Assembly (NCBI GenBank): GCA_963771885.1
Contig: CAVYVF010000007.1
Location: 1-64,000 of the forward strand
Direction of reading: 5' to 3'
Length of the DNA stretch: 64,000 nucleotides
DNA from: Candidatus Bathyarchaeota archaeon
GTDB lineage: Archaea; Thermoproteota; Bathyarchaeia; TCS64
This document shows positions 49,971 through 59,769 of the stretch, in pieces. Below the pieces are notes generated by a model. The model saw only the letters and a program-made list of their open reading frames with translations, was not told the origin of the DNA and made no database searches. Within the stretch, counting starts at the first letter, position 1, and each line of letters opens with the position of its first letter. Both the position numbers and the translations under genes were made by a program.

Positions 49971-52900
49971 TCACGTTATGGAGAAGTTGGCGTTACTCGT
50001 AATCCGTGATCGCGGCATATGACGTGCTGGTAATCCGAATCCTGTAATCAGAGCCAGCAGCCAAAGTCAGAGGGAATAAGCCACTTCTGAAGCCCAGTAT
50101 TCGCGGAGCTCCGAGAAACCAACTTCGCCAGTTCACCCCCCTTCAACAGACTCAATCCTCACATACGGCCCCGTCACCCCAGTGGAGGACCAAGTAATGG
50201 AGTAGACCTTACCCCTTACCCAGCTCTCTCCCACCATTAGGCGCAGTGACGATAATCGAGTCAGAGGCAGCCGAGCTCACGCGAGAAGTACGAGTTACTG
50301 GCGTCCATGATTGACCCATCCGAAGTGCTCGTGACCCTGATTGAGTAGTCGGCTCCAATCGCCTGGGCGGCGGGTATCGTCCAGCGAGAAGGCCCCCGTG
50401 TTAGACGTGCTGGCCGAGATCACCATGTTAACCGATCCTGCTTTCAGCAGCTCAATCTTCACGTATGACCCCGTCGGCCCGCGCTGGTGGTCCAAGTGAC
50501 TGCTTGTATCGAGCCTTGCAGCCAGCTTTCGCCTCCGTTCGGGGAGGTCACTGTGATGGTGTTGGCTGGGGTGGTGCCTATTGTGAGGTAGAAGTCGCTT
50601 GTGTCGGTGATCAACGGGTAGGTTCTGCTGTTTACCCTGATCTTGTAGTCTGAACCCTGTATCTGGGTTGTGGGTATCAACCACTTCTGCTCTCCATCGT
50701 TCAAGGAGCTTGAGGCGATAACCCGGTTAAGGACGCCGCTCTTCAAGAGCTCGATCCTAACATACGTTCCAATGGTTCCCGTGGAGGCCCAACTTATGGC
50801 GTATATCGTTCCCGGCATCCAGGTCTCACCACCATTAGGAGCCGTGACGGTGATCGAGCCGGTTGACGAGGGATTTATGGTGAAGTATGCGTCGCTGGTG
50901 TCGGAGATAGCCTCATTTGAAGTACTGATAACCCGGACCGAGTAGTCCGCACCCACCATCTGCGTGGGGGGTATGTCCCAGTCGAGGGTCCCGTCATTTT
51001 CGGTGCTGATGAACATCACGGTGTTGACCGCGCCACCCTTCAGCAGCTCGACCCTCACATACGGCCCAACGTCGCCGGTGCTTGACCAGGTTATCGGGAT
51101 CGGCTCGCCCTGAGTCCAGCTCTCCCCACCATTCGGTGAGGTTACCGTTATCGTTGACGAATATATTGCCTATTGAGAAGTATCCGTCGCTAGTATCTTT
51201 GATCGATGCGTCAGTCCTGCTAGTAATTCTAATAGAGTAGTCCGCCCCAAGAGTCTGCGTGGCAGGCATCAGCCACTTCTGCTCACCGTCGTTCACCGAG
51301 TTAGAGGCTATGACCCTGTTAATGACGCCGCCTTTCGAGCAATTCGATTATCACGTATGATCCGGTGCTGCCTGTTCTACTCCAGGTGATCGTGTAGATC
51401 TTACCAGGGAGCCAGACCTCCCCTCCATTCGGCGAGGTGACGGTTAAGGTTCCCAGCGTGGGCTGCCCATAGCCTGTAATTGCGGGCTCGGGGGAGACAA
51501 GTTTCCGGACATAAAAATTATCAACGTAATCATGCCCAGCCGGCTCACTGTGGCACCTATTCATAGGCGAAGACTTCACCGGACTACCCCACGCTGACTC
51601 GTAGCCGAGCCCATAACTAGTGCCGTTAACGACGACGCTTGCGGAGCCGCTCAGACACTTGAACTCAAAATCGTACCACTTGTTGATCGAGTAGCTCAAC
51701 TGAGGGTTCCAATCCCTCATAGCTGAGCCATCCCAGTACCCGAATCTGCCATTTAACCGGCTTAAACCAATTTCCAGTAGATCTGAGCCATCGGACTTGT
51801 ATGCGATGTTTCCAGTGTTCCACCAGTTCCACCAATTCCCATTCAGGCTAGTCATCCACTTGAAGCCGATTGCGACCTCGCCACTGTCGCTCCAGGGCTG
51901 CGTAGTCAGCGTAGTGTATACACCGTCGCAGTTATCGTAGATGTCTGTCACCTTCCCGGACCCACTGGGGTTCGCCTTGACCTGTATGTAGGCGGCTCCA
52001 ATTACGCCAGACGTAGACCACTTCTCGGAGTCGGGGGTAGAGTTCAGGTTGGTCTCTTCGAAGTCGTCGAAAAAGAGGAACACGTTATCACCATTGTCAA
52101 TTGAGGTCGCTAAGCTGTTCCCGTAGTAGACGAGGAAACCGGTGGTCGCGGGATAAGCCGGGATCTGGGGAATCTTAACCCAGACGTCCGCGTAGTCGCC
52201 GTCGATCTTTTGCTGTATCCAGTAGCTAAGATCGAGTCACCCCATCCATGGTTGTGAACCTGATGTCCCCGAAGTCAGCCCTACACTGGCCCCCGAGGTA
52301 CATGTCTGAGGCGCTGCTAGTCCCGGAGCCATAATGCAGTCGGATCAACACAGGGTAATTGTTTGGGCACCGGCCATTGAACCGGTCAGGGTAACGCGTT
52401 GACCATATTTCCACGTGGATCTGGCGTAGATGGCCTTAACGGTGCCAGGTTCAGTTACTATAAGGGTGGATGGGTTTTGGTTAGTCGAGTTCAGTGTTGC
52501 TCCTCCGGTTACCTCCCAGTGGTCAAACACATTGAATCCCACTGGGATGTAGCTTAGCATATGAGCCCCTGCGGTAACATGCACCGAGGAAGGCGGGGTG
52601 TACTTGCTGTCGTCAACTTTGATTTCCCCCAGGCTCTGCGAGGACCCACCCGCCTCTTGGGAGCTTAGGCTGATCTGGTGCCCGATTGTAATGTCAGCTT
52701 CTCCGGTTATTCCATCATATATTGACCCAACCTGCCAGTAGGCGGAGAGTCTACCGACCCTCATGAGCGAATCAGCGTAAACGAACAACTCCTCCGCCGA
52801 AGCCAGTGTATTGAGATTTGCGTAAGCGGGAAGATATTGCCCATCCCCTCCGCCAGGAAGTAGGTGAATATGCCATTCTGGTAGAATATCATCTTCGTAG

Positions 52901-53559
52901 CTGAGTGTGTTCTCCAGACTCGCCATCAAAACGACGACTCCCTGATTGTTTAGGTCCTTTGGCGAGATTCCCGAGTTCGAAGGCCCTCGGCATACCCTCA
53001 TAGTATTTTGCGGTGAGGCTGCTGGGAGTCGACGCGGCCTTGCGATACCGCCAGAGTAAACATGAGTCAAAGATAGCTTATCTTCCGATCCGAGTTGACT
53101 ATGCCCATAAGGGTCGAGATCTAATCATCTGTAATGAAGTATAGATCCCTTGACACTATGGACTCGTCTATTCCATCGGCTTCATCACCGTTAGTGTCCG
53201 GAGCTCCATATCCGTGGCCAGAGAAGTAGAATATGAAGGTGTCAGTGGAGGCGACTTCGGTTGATAGATAAGTGAAGCTGTTCACGATGTTGCTGGCCGT
53301 AGCATCCGAGTTCACTACGGAAGATTATGTTAGAGGCATTCCAACCATTGTAAGTGACTAGGTTATAGGCGATGTCGTTGGCGTCGTCGTCGGGGTATTG
53401 AAGGTCGTTTGCTGTACCGTCGTAGTCGGCTATCCCCACAACTATAGCCCATCCTTTCCTGACAGTGACTGCATTTGCTGGTTGCGGGTATGTAACTTGG
53501 AGCACGCTGATTAGCGTTAAAATTAGGATAATTGATGCAGCTCTTTTTATGAATAAATT
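49971..53559 (-). CDS. Large secreted protein: signal peptide, caspase/metacaspase (C14) domain, DUF2341-like domain, five Ig-like 'VTSPNGGE' repeats; many frameshifts
   Basis: WAIVVGIADY..NDL..PDDDA, FYFSGHG, DGIDE, FDSC|YSGG; DFGDIRFT..LSYWI..VWVKIP..VYYGN..FLFFDDFE; ends TSNANFSIT* at 49971; start approximate. Confidence 0.8.
49975..51450 (-). repeat. Five ~300-bp coding repeats (Kre9/Ser-Thr-rich GPI-anchored-like Ig domains)
   Basis: VT(S/A)PNG.E.W units near 51435, 51135, 50835, 50540, 50240. Confidence 0.8.
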
Positions 53560-53841
53560 TTATGGAAGTAAATTTTGTTAGTCTATTATTTAGGGACGGG
53601 TTCACTGATGTGTTTTTCTGCAATTTATTAATATAACGTTTTCCTAACCATTAATTAGAATTTTTAGTTCAGCATGCAGTAGTAGAGCGGGAGACTGGCG
53701 AACACCTCTTATTATTATCCGCCTCCCCCCTCGCTTTTGTCTGCGCGCGCAATATGCAAAGACAGGTGTGTATGTATTCATCATTTGAATATTGAAAAGT
53801 CAATTTTTCCGGCTGTCTACGCGGAAAGTGTGTTTCGGGGT

Positions 53842-53920
53842 TGGTGCTCCCGCCGGGATTTGAACCCGGGATCCCGGACTCGAGAGGCCCATATCCTTGA
53901 CCGGACTAGACGACAGGAGC
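53842..53920 (-). tRNA. tRNA-Glu(CTC), CCA encoded
   Basis: GCTCCTG/CGGGAGC stem, TGGGC-CT CTC GA-GTCCG arm, GGTTCAAATCC T-loop. Confidence 0.95.
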
Positions 53921-53964
53921 GCGCCAAATAGTCTACCCAGTCCACAATAAAAACGTTAACCCGC

Positions 53965-54855
53965 TTAGATGTCGTCCCGGAGTTTCAGCAGCTTCGCGAT
54001 GTTCGCATCCTTCCTGACGACGGGCTTGATCATTCCCTTCGTAGAGGTGAAGAGCGTCGTCACCCCTGGGCCGTGTCCCGCAACGACGCAGTTGCTGTGG
54101 GTAACGATACCCACGGTAACGGCACCTTTCCTGTAGATGCGCCCGTAGCTGCTATCCGCGTCCGTGATGGCGACGAGGTCGCCGAGGCGCAGGTCGTCCA
54201 GGTGGCATCCCTCCACGGTCTCCGAGCAGAACATCGTGATGTCGTAGTCGCCGCTGCTCGTCTGGCTGCTGCCGAGGCCCGAGCCCATTATCGCGGCTGG
54301 TATAACATGGGTCACGGGCACCTCAAGCATCCCCTTGACATCCTCGGGTTGACAGCGTCGAGGAACTCGGGGCTCGTGTTGTAGACCTTCACATCGGGTG
54401 CATCGAGCAGCTTCAACCCGACTCCACACGCCCTGATCTGCACCTTGTCCTCGATCACCAGCTTCTCCAAGGTCTCAGGGGGGAAGTCGACCATGACATG
54501 CTCTATCCCACCGTGCTTGCCCACGACTACTCCCTTCTCCCCCTTCGCGTCCCCCTTGACCACGACCGCCTCGTTTCCTATGCAGGCGAGGACGTTCAAC
54601 GCGTTGCTCTGCCCCCGTGGGAAGCGTGAGTCGCTCACCCTGTTCTCGAGGCTTACACCCGGCTCGACGTGGTCCGCCATCCAGCCGCAGGCGAGGTCGC
54701 CTACCCTGATGTTGTATGTGATTCCTCCCACGCCGGGGAGGATCACCGGCTCTCCCATCCGCTGTTATTTTGTAGACGGCGTCCGAGATGACTGGGCTCA
54801 CTATCTCGCCGATGACCGACACCTTGACGAGCTTATCCCTGTTAGTCTTCAACAA
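53965..54855 (-). CDS. DUF4438-family protein, two frameshifts (~54757, ~54345)
   Basis: MLKTNRDKLV|PGVGGITYN..DHVEPG..GKHGG|IMGSGLG..GDYDI..GHGPG. Confidence 0.8.
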
Positions 54856-54908
54856 ACCAGATCGAGAGAAAAATGGCGCGATAACCTGTTAAAACTTGCT
54901 GAGAGCGC

Positions 54909-56099
54909 CTACTTGAGGTAGGCAGCCATCAGCTTCATTATCTTGCCCGGAGACCGTGCGACGATCTTGGCTATCGTCTTCTTCGTGCTCTCCCCGTTGG
55001 CGAGGGAGAGTATCTCGTCGTTCGTGATGATGGTGGAGAGGGTGTTGAGGTCTTCGTCGCTGAATTTGTCTAGCATCTCGACGATCTTGCGACTGTCCTT
55101 GATCCTCTTGCCCCAGTACTTCTCGAACTTTGTGCGGTACTGGCCGAGCCTCTTCGCCGAGGTGTCCTCGCCGACGATGGCGTCGACCGCTTCTGCGCCT
55201 GCAATCTTTCCCGACTCGATGCCGCTGTGGATCCCCGCACCAGTCATGGGGATGAGTTCCCCCGCCGCGTCGCCCACTAGCATCAGGTTATCGTCAACAA
55301 TCTTGTCCAGTATCCCCGATACCGGGCAGACTCCGCCGTTCCGCCTCTGCACCTTCGCCCCCTTGAAGCGTGGGTCGGAGTCTAGGAATCTGCGCAGGTA
55401 GTTGATTGCGGGTTCCGTGTGTATGTTGCGGACGCCGAGGCCGACGTTCGCCTCCCCCTCGTTCTTTGGGAAGACCCAGGCGTATCCACCCGGCGCGTAC
55501 TTCATACCGATGTAGAACTCGTTCGTCGACGGCTCATCGAGGTGGAGACCGCCGAGCTGAAACTGGGCGCAGGTGACTACGTCTGAGTACCACCTGCCGA
55601 GTCCCGCTGAGCGGCGCACAATTGACCAGTAGCCGTCGGCGCCGATGGTGACCTTCGCCTTGACCTTGATCTGATCGCTGCCACTCTCCGCCATCACCCC
55701 GGCGACCTTACCGTTCTCCCTCCATACGCCTGTCGCTTTCGTCTCCGTCAGTAGCTCAACGCCCGCCTTGACCGCGAGGTCGCCGATCGCCTTGTCGAAG
55801 AAGTTCCTGTTAAGCGTGTAGCCGACCCAGTTCTCACTCGTCAGATCGATGTTGTTCCCGTTCGGAGCGAATACCCTGGCGCGCGTGATCTTCTGGGCGA
55901 CGAGGGGCGCCACGGGTTCGAGACCCGCGTCCTTGATACCGTTGAGGCTGAGCCCCTCTGCGCAGAATACCGGCGATCCGATAACTGGGTGTTCCTCGAG
56001 TAGGACGACGTGGGCGCCCTTTGCCGCCGCGGCTCTGGCGGCCGACGAACCGGCGGGCCCGCCGCCCACAACGACGATGTCACAGTCGATTTGCCGCAT
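54909..56099 (-). CDS. Digeranylgeranylglycerophospholipid reductase (geranylgeranyl reductase family)
   Basis: GGGPAG, CAEG, GADG, PGGYAWVFPK, GDAAG...TGAGI. Confidence 0.9.
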   Translation of the reverse strand: MRQIDCDIVVVGGGPAGSSAARAAAAKGAHVVLLEEHPVIGSPVFCAEGLSLNGIKDAGLEPVAPLVAQKITRARVFAPNGNNIDLTSENWVGYTLNRNFFDKAIGDLAVKAGVELLTETKATGVWRENGKVAGVMAESGSDQIKVKAKVTIGADGYWSIVRRSAGLGRWYSDVVTCAQFQLGGLHLDEPSTNEFYIGMKYAPGGYAWVFPKNEGEANVGLGVRNIHTEPAINYLRRFLDSDPRFKGAKVQRRNGGVCPVSGILDKIVDDNLMLVGDAAGELIPMTGAGIHSGIESGKIAGAEAVDAIVGEDTSAKRLGQYRTKFEKYWGKRIKDSRKIVEMLDKFSDEDLNTLSTIITNDEILSLANGESTKKTIAKIVARSPGKIMKLMAAYLK

Positions 56100-56139
56100 G
56101 ACTAATCAAATAGTCGCCAGCGGCTTTCGTATATTAATC

Positions 56140-56358
56140 CTACCTATCCATGACCTTCTGGGCGGCGATCTCTATGTCCTTCGCCTTGACCGTCTTGCGG
56201 CCCGCGTGCTTGGCGTAGTCGAGTGCCTCCTTCGCCACCTTGACGCCGATCTCCTCGAGCGCTTTGCCCAGGGCGATGGCGCTCTCCTCGCTTACGCGGT
56301 CGGCCCCAGCCCTCTTTATCAGCTTGTGCATCGGAGCAACTTTAATCTCGTCCGTCAT
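56140..56358 (-). CDS. Archaeal histone (HMf-type)
   Basis: GADRVS, HAGRKTVKAKDI; 72 aa. Confidence 0.96.
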   Translation of the reverse strand: MTDEIKVAPMHKLIKRAGADRVSEESAIALGKALEEIGVKVAKEALDYAKHAGRKTVKAKDIEIAAQKVMDR

Positions 56359-56576
56359 CAGGAATCAACCCTGTCTATAAACACGATTCAGATAATATTT
56401 AATACTTATCCCCATTTCAGGTAACAGGACCCGATTTAGGGCTCCCATCGGTTCTAGCGTCTGATAAACGGCTGTAAGAACGGGTGTATCCATTCCTAGA
56501 GCCGTCTTGGATGACCGTTCAGATTAATCGACCCGCATCGAATAAGGTGGGATGCTTAAAGCCTTCCACACTAGAT

Positions 56577-56655
56577 ATGTCTCGTCGAAGCCCGCCCTGA
56601 TGATTCAGGTTGACCTTCGCCGGCGACATGACTCTTATGGAGGAGCCCGTGAGGT
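56577..56655 (+). ncRNA. Candidate small guide RNA (H/ACA-like hairpin or C/D-like)
   Basis: Hairpin CGAAG-CCCGC-CCTGA-TGAT-TCAGG-TTGAC-CTTCG, ACA at 56626, CTGATGA box, TATA-like CTTAAA about 25 nt upstream. Confidence 0.4.
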
Positions 56656-56725
56656 AAGGGTAAACGTTTAAATGAGTGCCGAAGCCTCATACAGCATCGG
56701 CAAAACCATAACCGGTGGTATGCAA

Positions 56726-56956
56726 GTGGGTAAAGTCAGAACAGAGATGGTCAAACGCGTCGCGATAGAGCTCATCGAAAAGTACAACAAGAGCTTTAAC
56801 ACAGACTTCGATCACAACAAAAAGTTCCTCACAGAACTGAACATCGGCGTATCGAAGAAGATGAGGAACAAGGTAGCCGGCTACGCCACACGCGTCGTAA
56901 AGTCCGACTTGATGGCTGTAGAGGTCGAGGGCGAAGTAGAGCCCGACAGCATCTAG
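56726..56956 (+). CDS. rps17e: 30S ribosomal protein S17e
   Basis: GKVRT..VKR, DFDHNK, SKKMRNKVAGY. Confidence 0.95.
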   Translation: MGKVRTEMVKRVAIELIEKYNKSFNTDFDHNKKFLTELNIGVSKKMRNKVAGYATRVVKSDLMAVEVEGEVEPDSI

Positions 56957-56960
56957 ACAC

Positions 56961-57539
56961 TTACTTTAGGTATCGGGCGACGTCGCTTTTCTTGAAGCCC
57001 GACTCGATCAGCTTCTTAATGACTTCTTGGCCGCTGGCGCCGTCGGCGCGTATCTTCCCCGCAACTTCTAAGATGCACTCCCTGAGTTCCCAAGGGTAGA
57101 CGATCCATTTGTCGACCTCAGCCGCGTAGTAGTCGGGTATGAACTTACTCCAGGGCTTTATGTGGAGTGTCGTTATCCTGACCTCAGCCGCATTCTTCTG
57201 CAATAGATGTTCTTTCCCTTTGGCGAGGCTGGAACCGGAGTCTGAGACGTCGTCCACAAGTAACGCCTTTCTACCGCGGAGGTCGGCGTTCACGGGCAGT
57301 ACGACGACGGGCTCTGGGCGTCTAATCATTCCATCGTACGCCTCGAGCTGGACGCTGGCGAGCCTTCTGACGCTAAGTTGGTCGCAGAGTATCCTGGCGG
57401 GGTCGAATCCACCGCGGCTCACAGCGACGACGATGTCGGGTACGTATCCGGATTCCGCGATCTTGGCCGCTAACTTCTCGGTTAGTTCCTGGACGTCATC
57501 CCATGACAAGTGCAGAAACTGTAGGTTTTCCATCCACAA
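56961..57539 (-). CDS. Type I phosphoribosyltransferase (purine PRT-like)
   Basis: VSRGG, LVDDVSDSGSS, PDYY, WIVYPWE. Confidence 0.9.
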   Translation of the reverse strand: MWMENLQFLHLSWDDVQELTEKLAAKIAESGYVPDIVVAVSRGGFDPARILCDQLSVRRLASVQLEAYDGMIRRPEPVVVLPVNADLRGRKALLVDDVSDSGSSLAKGKEHLLQKNAAEVRITTLHIKPWSKFIPDYYAAEVDKWIVYPWELRECILEVAGKIRADGASGQEVIKKLIESGFKKSDVARYLK

Positions 57540-57636
57540 GTCCCCGGATAATACAGAATTCTACCCAGTGAGTGGAATATAAGCGCGATGCGCCTCTGAG
57601 CCGGAGTTTATATCCGGCCTCAACGGAGTGTGAGAC

Positions 57637-58494
57637 ATGACAACGAGAAGCGGCCTCGCCGAATTGTGTACGGGTATCGTTGAGAGCTTCATAGCTTCGC
57701 CCAGTAACTCCTTCAACGACATCGGCGAGCCCGCGTGGGAGGCACCCATCGTGGGCTTCTCGAGCGGCGCTGACCCACTCTACGCGTTCTACAAGAAGGA
57801 TATTGGAGACTTCTATGTCCAGCCTATCGAGTTCTTCAGGGCAGCGCATCTCGGCGTTGAGGCTGAGTCCGGCGATTTGACCGTCATTAGCTGGGTCCTA
57901 CCCCAGACGAAGGCGACGAAGTACGATCAAAGGAAGGAGCAGCTCATGCCCTCTGAGCGGTGGGCGAGGGCGCGCATCATGGGGGAGGGCGTGAACATGA
58001 AGCTCAGGGCGCACCTCGTTGCTGAGCTTGGCAAGGCAGGCTACCCGGCGGTTGCGCCGATGGCGTCCCCGCTCTGGAAGCAGTACATGTCGGAGAAGTA
58101 CCTCTTCGCCTCGTCTTGGTCGGAGAGGCACGCTGCCTACGCTGCGGGGCTGGGAACCTTTGGTCTAAGCGACGGGCTCATTACGGCGAAGGGCAAGGCA
58201 CATAGAGTCGGCTCAGTAATCGCGAAGATCAACATCACGCCGACTCCCCGCCCCTACACCGATCACCATGCCTACTGTCTCTGGTACGCCAAGGGGACCT
58301 GCGGAGCCTGCATCAAGAAGTGCCCAGCGGGAGCAATCACGGCTAAGGGTCACGACAAGCAGAGGTGCAGCGACTACGTGGATACGACGCACGCCTTCGT
58401 CGAGGAGCACTACGGCTTCAAAGGCTACGGCTGCGGCTTCTGCCAGGTCGGCGTACCCTGCGAGAGCAGGATACCCGAGGGCATCGAGGTGTAG
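57637..58494 (+). CDS. QueG/reductive-dehalogenase-like 2x[4Fe-4S] protein
   Basis: SERHAAYAAGLG.FG, CGACIKKCP, C..CGFCQVGVPC. Confidence 0.75.
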   Translation: MTTRSGLAELCTGIVESFIASPSNSFNDIGEPAWEAPIVGFSSGADPLYAFYKKDIGDFYVQPIEFFRAAHLGVEAESGDLTVISWVLPQTKATKYDQRKEQLMPSERWARARIMGEGVNMKLRAHLVAELGKAGYPAVAPMASPLWKQYMSEKYLFASSWSERHAAYAAGLGTFGLSDGLITAKGKAHRVGSVIAKINITPTPRPYTDHHAYCLWYAKGTCGACIKKCPAGAITAKGHDKQRCSDYVDTTHAFVEEHYGFKGYGCGFCQVGVPCESRIPEGIEV

Positions 58495-58547
58495 AAAGGG
58501 ATAAACAGGTCCCGGAGTAGATACCCTCTAACACCGGTGTAGCCAGT

Positions 58548-59102
58548 ATGGCGAGAGCATTATTCGTAGGGCGCTTCCAGCCCTTTCACTTCGGCCACCT
58601 ATACGCCATCGAGACGATACTCGGCGAGGTGGAGGAACTGATTATCGTCGTGGGAAGCGCGCAGATGAGCCACGAGCCCGACAACCCCTTCACGGCCGGG
58701 GAGCGCATCGAGATGATTAGGGCTGCGCTCAGCGACGCGAAGGTCGACCGGAACAAGTACATGCTCATTCCCATCGCCGACGCGCCGAGCCACAGGACCT
58801 GGGTCAGCTACGTCGAGTCGCAGACGCCGCGTTTCGACGTCGTCTACTCGAACCAGGCGCTCACGAGCAGGCTGCTTATCGAAGCTGGGTACAACGTCAA
58901 AGAGATACCCCTGCACAAGAGGAGCAAGTACGAGGCGACCGAGATAAGGCGCCGCATCCTCAAGGGGGAGGACTGGAGCGAGCTCGTCCCCACACCCGTC
59001 TACAGGATAGTTTGCGAGGTCGACGGCGAGAGCCGTATACGCGACCTCGGGAAGAGCGACGGCGCGACGAGGATCAGGAGCGAAGAAAACCACTCAGGTT
59101 AG
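58548..59102 (+). CDS. nadM: Nicotinamide-nucleotide adenylyltransferase
   Basis: GRFQPFHFGH, GSAQ, NPFTAGER, ATEIR. Confidence 0.94.
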   Translation: MARALFVGRFQPFHFGHLYAIETILGEVEELIIVVGSAQMSHEPDNPFTAGERIEMIRAALSDAKVDRNKYMLIPIADAPSHRTWVSYVESQTPRFDVVYSNQALTSRLLIEAGYNVKEIPLHKRSKYEATEIRRRILKGEDWSELVPTPVYRIVCEVDGESRIRDLGKSDGATRIRSEENHSG

Positions 59103-59106
59103 GCAC

Positions 59107-59769
59107 ATGTTCCTAAGGCTCGACGCTGACCTCGGCGCCAAGTTCCCGGGGCTCCACACTATAGTCACCCACATCCGTGACGTGAGGATAGCCCAACAGA
59201 ACCCCGATCTCGAAGTCTTCAAGAGGCAAGTGTTCACCGAGACGCAAAAAAAGTGGAATATCGACGACCTAAAGGATAATCAGGTCTTCCGATCTTATCG
59301 CGACTTCTTCTGGAAGGTCAAGGTCGACCCGACGAAGACGCGCCCCGCCTCCGAGGCACTCGTTAGGCGCATACTCCGCGGGAACCCGCTGCCGATGATC
59401 AACACGCTCGTTGACGCCTACAATCTTGCCTCGGTGACGACGACGATACCCTTCGGTGCGTTCGACGCTGACAAGATGCGCGGCATCTCCATTATGCGAG
59501 AGGCGAAGCCAGGGGAGGAGTTCCTAGGCATCGGCATGGATAAGCCCCTGCAGCTGAGCGGCGGCGAGGCAGTGATACAGGACGACGAGAGGCTGGTCGC
59601 CGTCTACCCCTATAGGGACGCTGACTACAGTAAGGTCACAACATCTACGCGTAACCTCATGCTCCTCACATGCGGCGTCCCCGGCATAGGGGTCGCGGAG
59701 CTTGAGAAGGCCGAGGCGGTCTGCGTTGAGTACATCACCCGGTTCTGCGGCGGAGTACCGTCGAGGTGA
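59107..59769 (+). CDS. Stand-alone B3/4 domain protein (PheRS-beta editing-like)
   Basis: DPTKTRPASEAL.RR, INTLVDAYNLAS, GAFDAD. Confidence 0.88.
   Translation: MFLRLDADLGAKFPGLHTIVTHIRDVRIAQQNPDLEVFKRQVFTETQKKWNIDDLKDNQVFRSYRDFFWKVKVDPTKTRPASEALVRRILRGNPLPMINTLVDAYNLASVTTTIPFGAFDADKMRGISIMREAKPGEEFLGIGMDKPLQLSGGEAVIQDDERLVAVYPYRDADYSKVTTSTRNLMLLTCGVPGIGVAELEKAEAVCVEYITRFCGGVPSR

Larger units (their letters stand above)
48245..53841. mobile_element. Accessory island at the 3' side of tRNA-Glu
   Basis: Left edge truncates a TPP-enzyme gene; holds a ParB-like remnant, a motif array and a large surface protease; no integrase or att seen. Confidence 0.55.

Noticed and set aside
16800..53841. 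attL/attR duplications, integrase or transposase for the three islands
   Set aside because: I found no second copy of any tRNA 3' end by eye, and no recombinase or transposase motifs.
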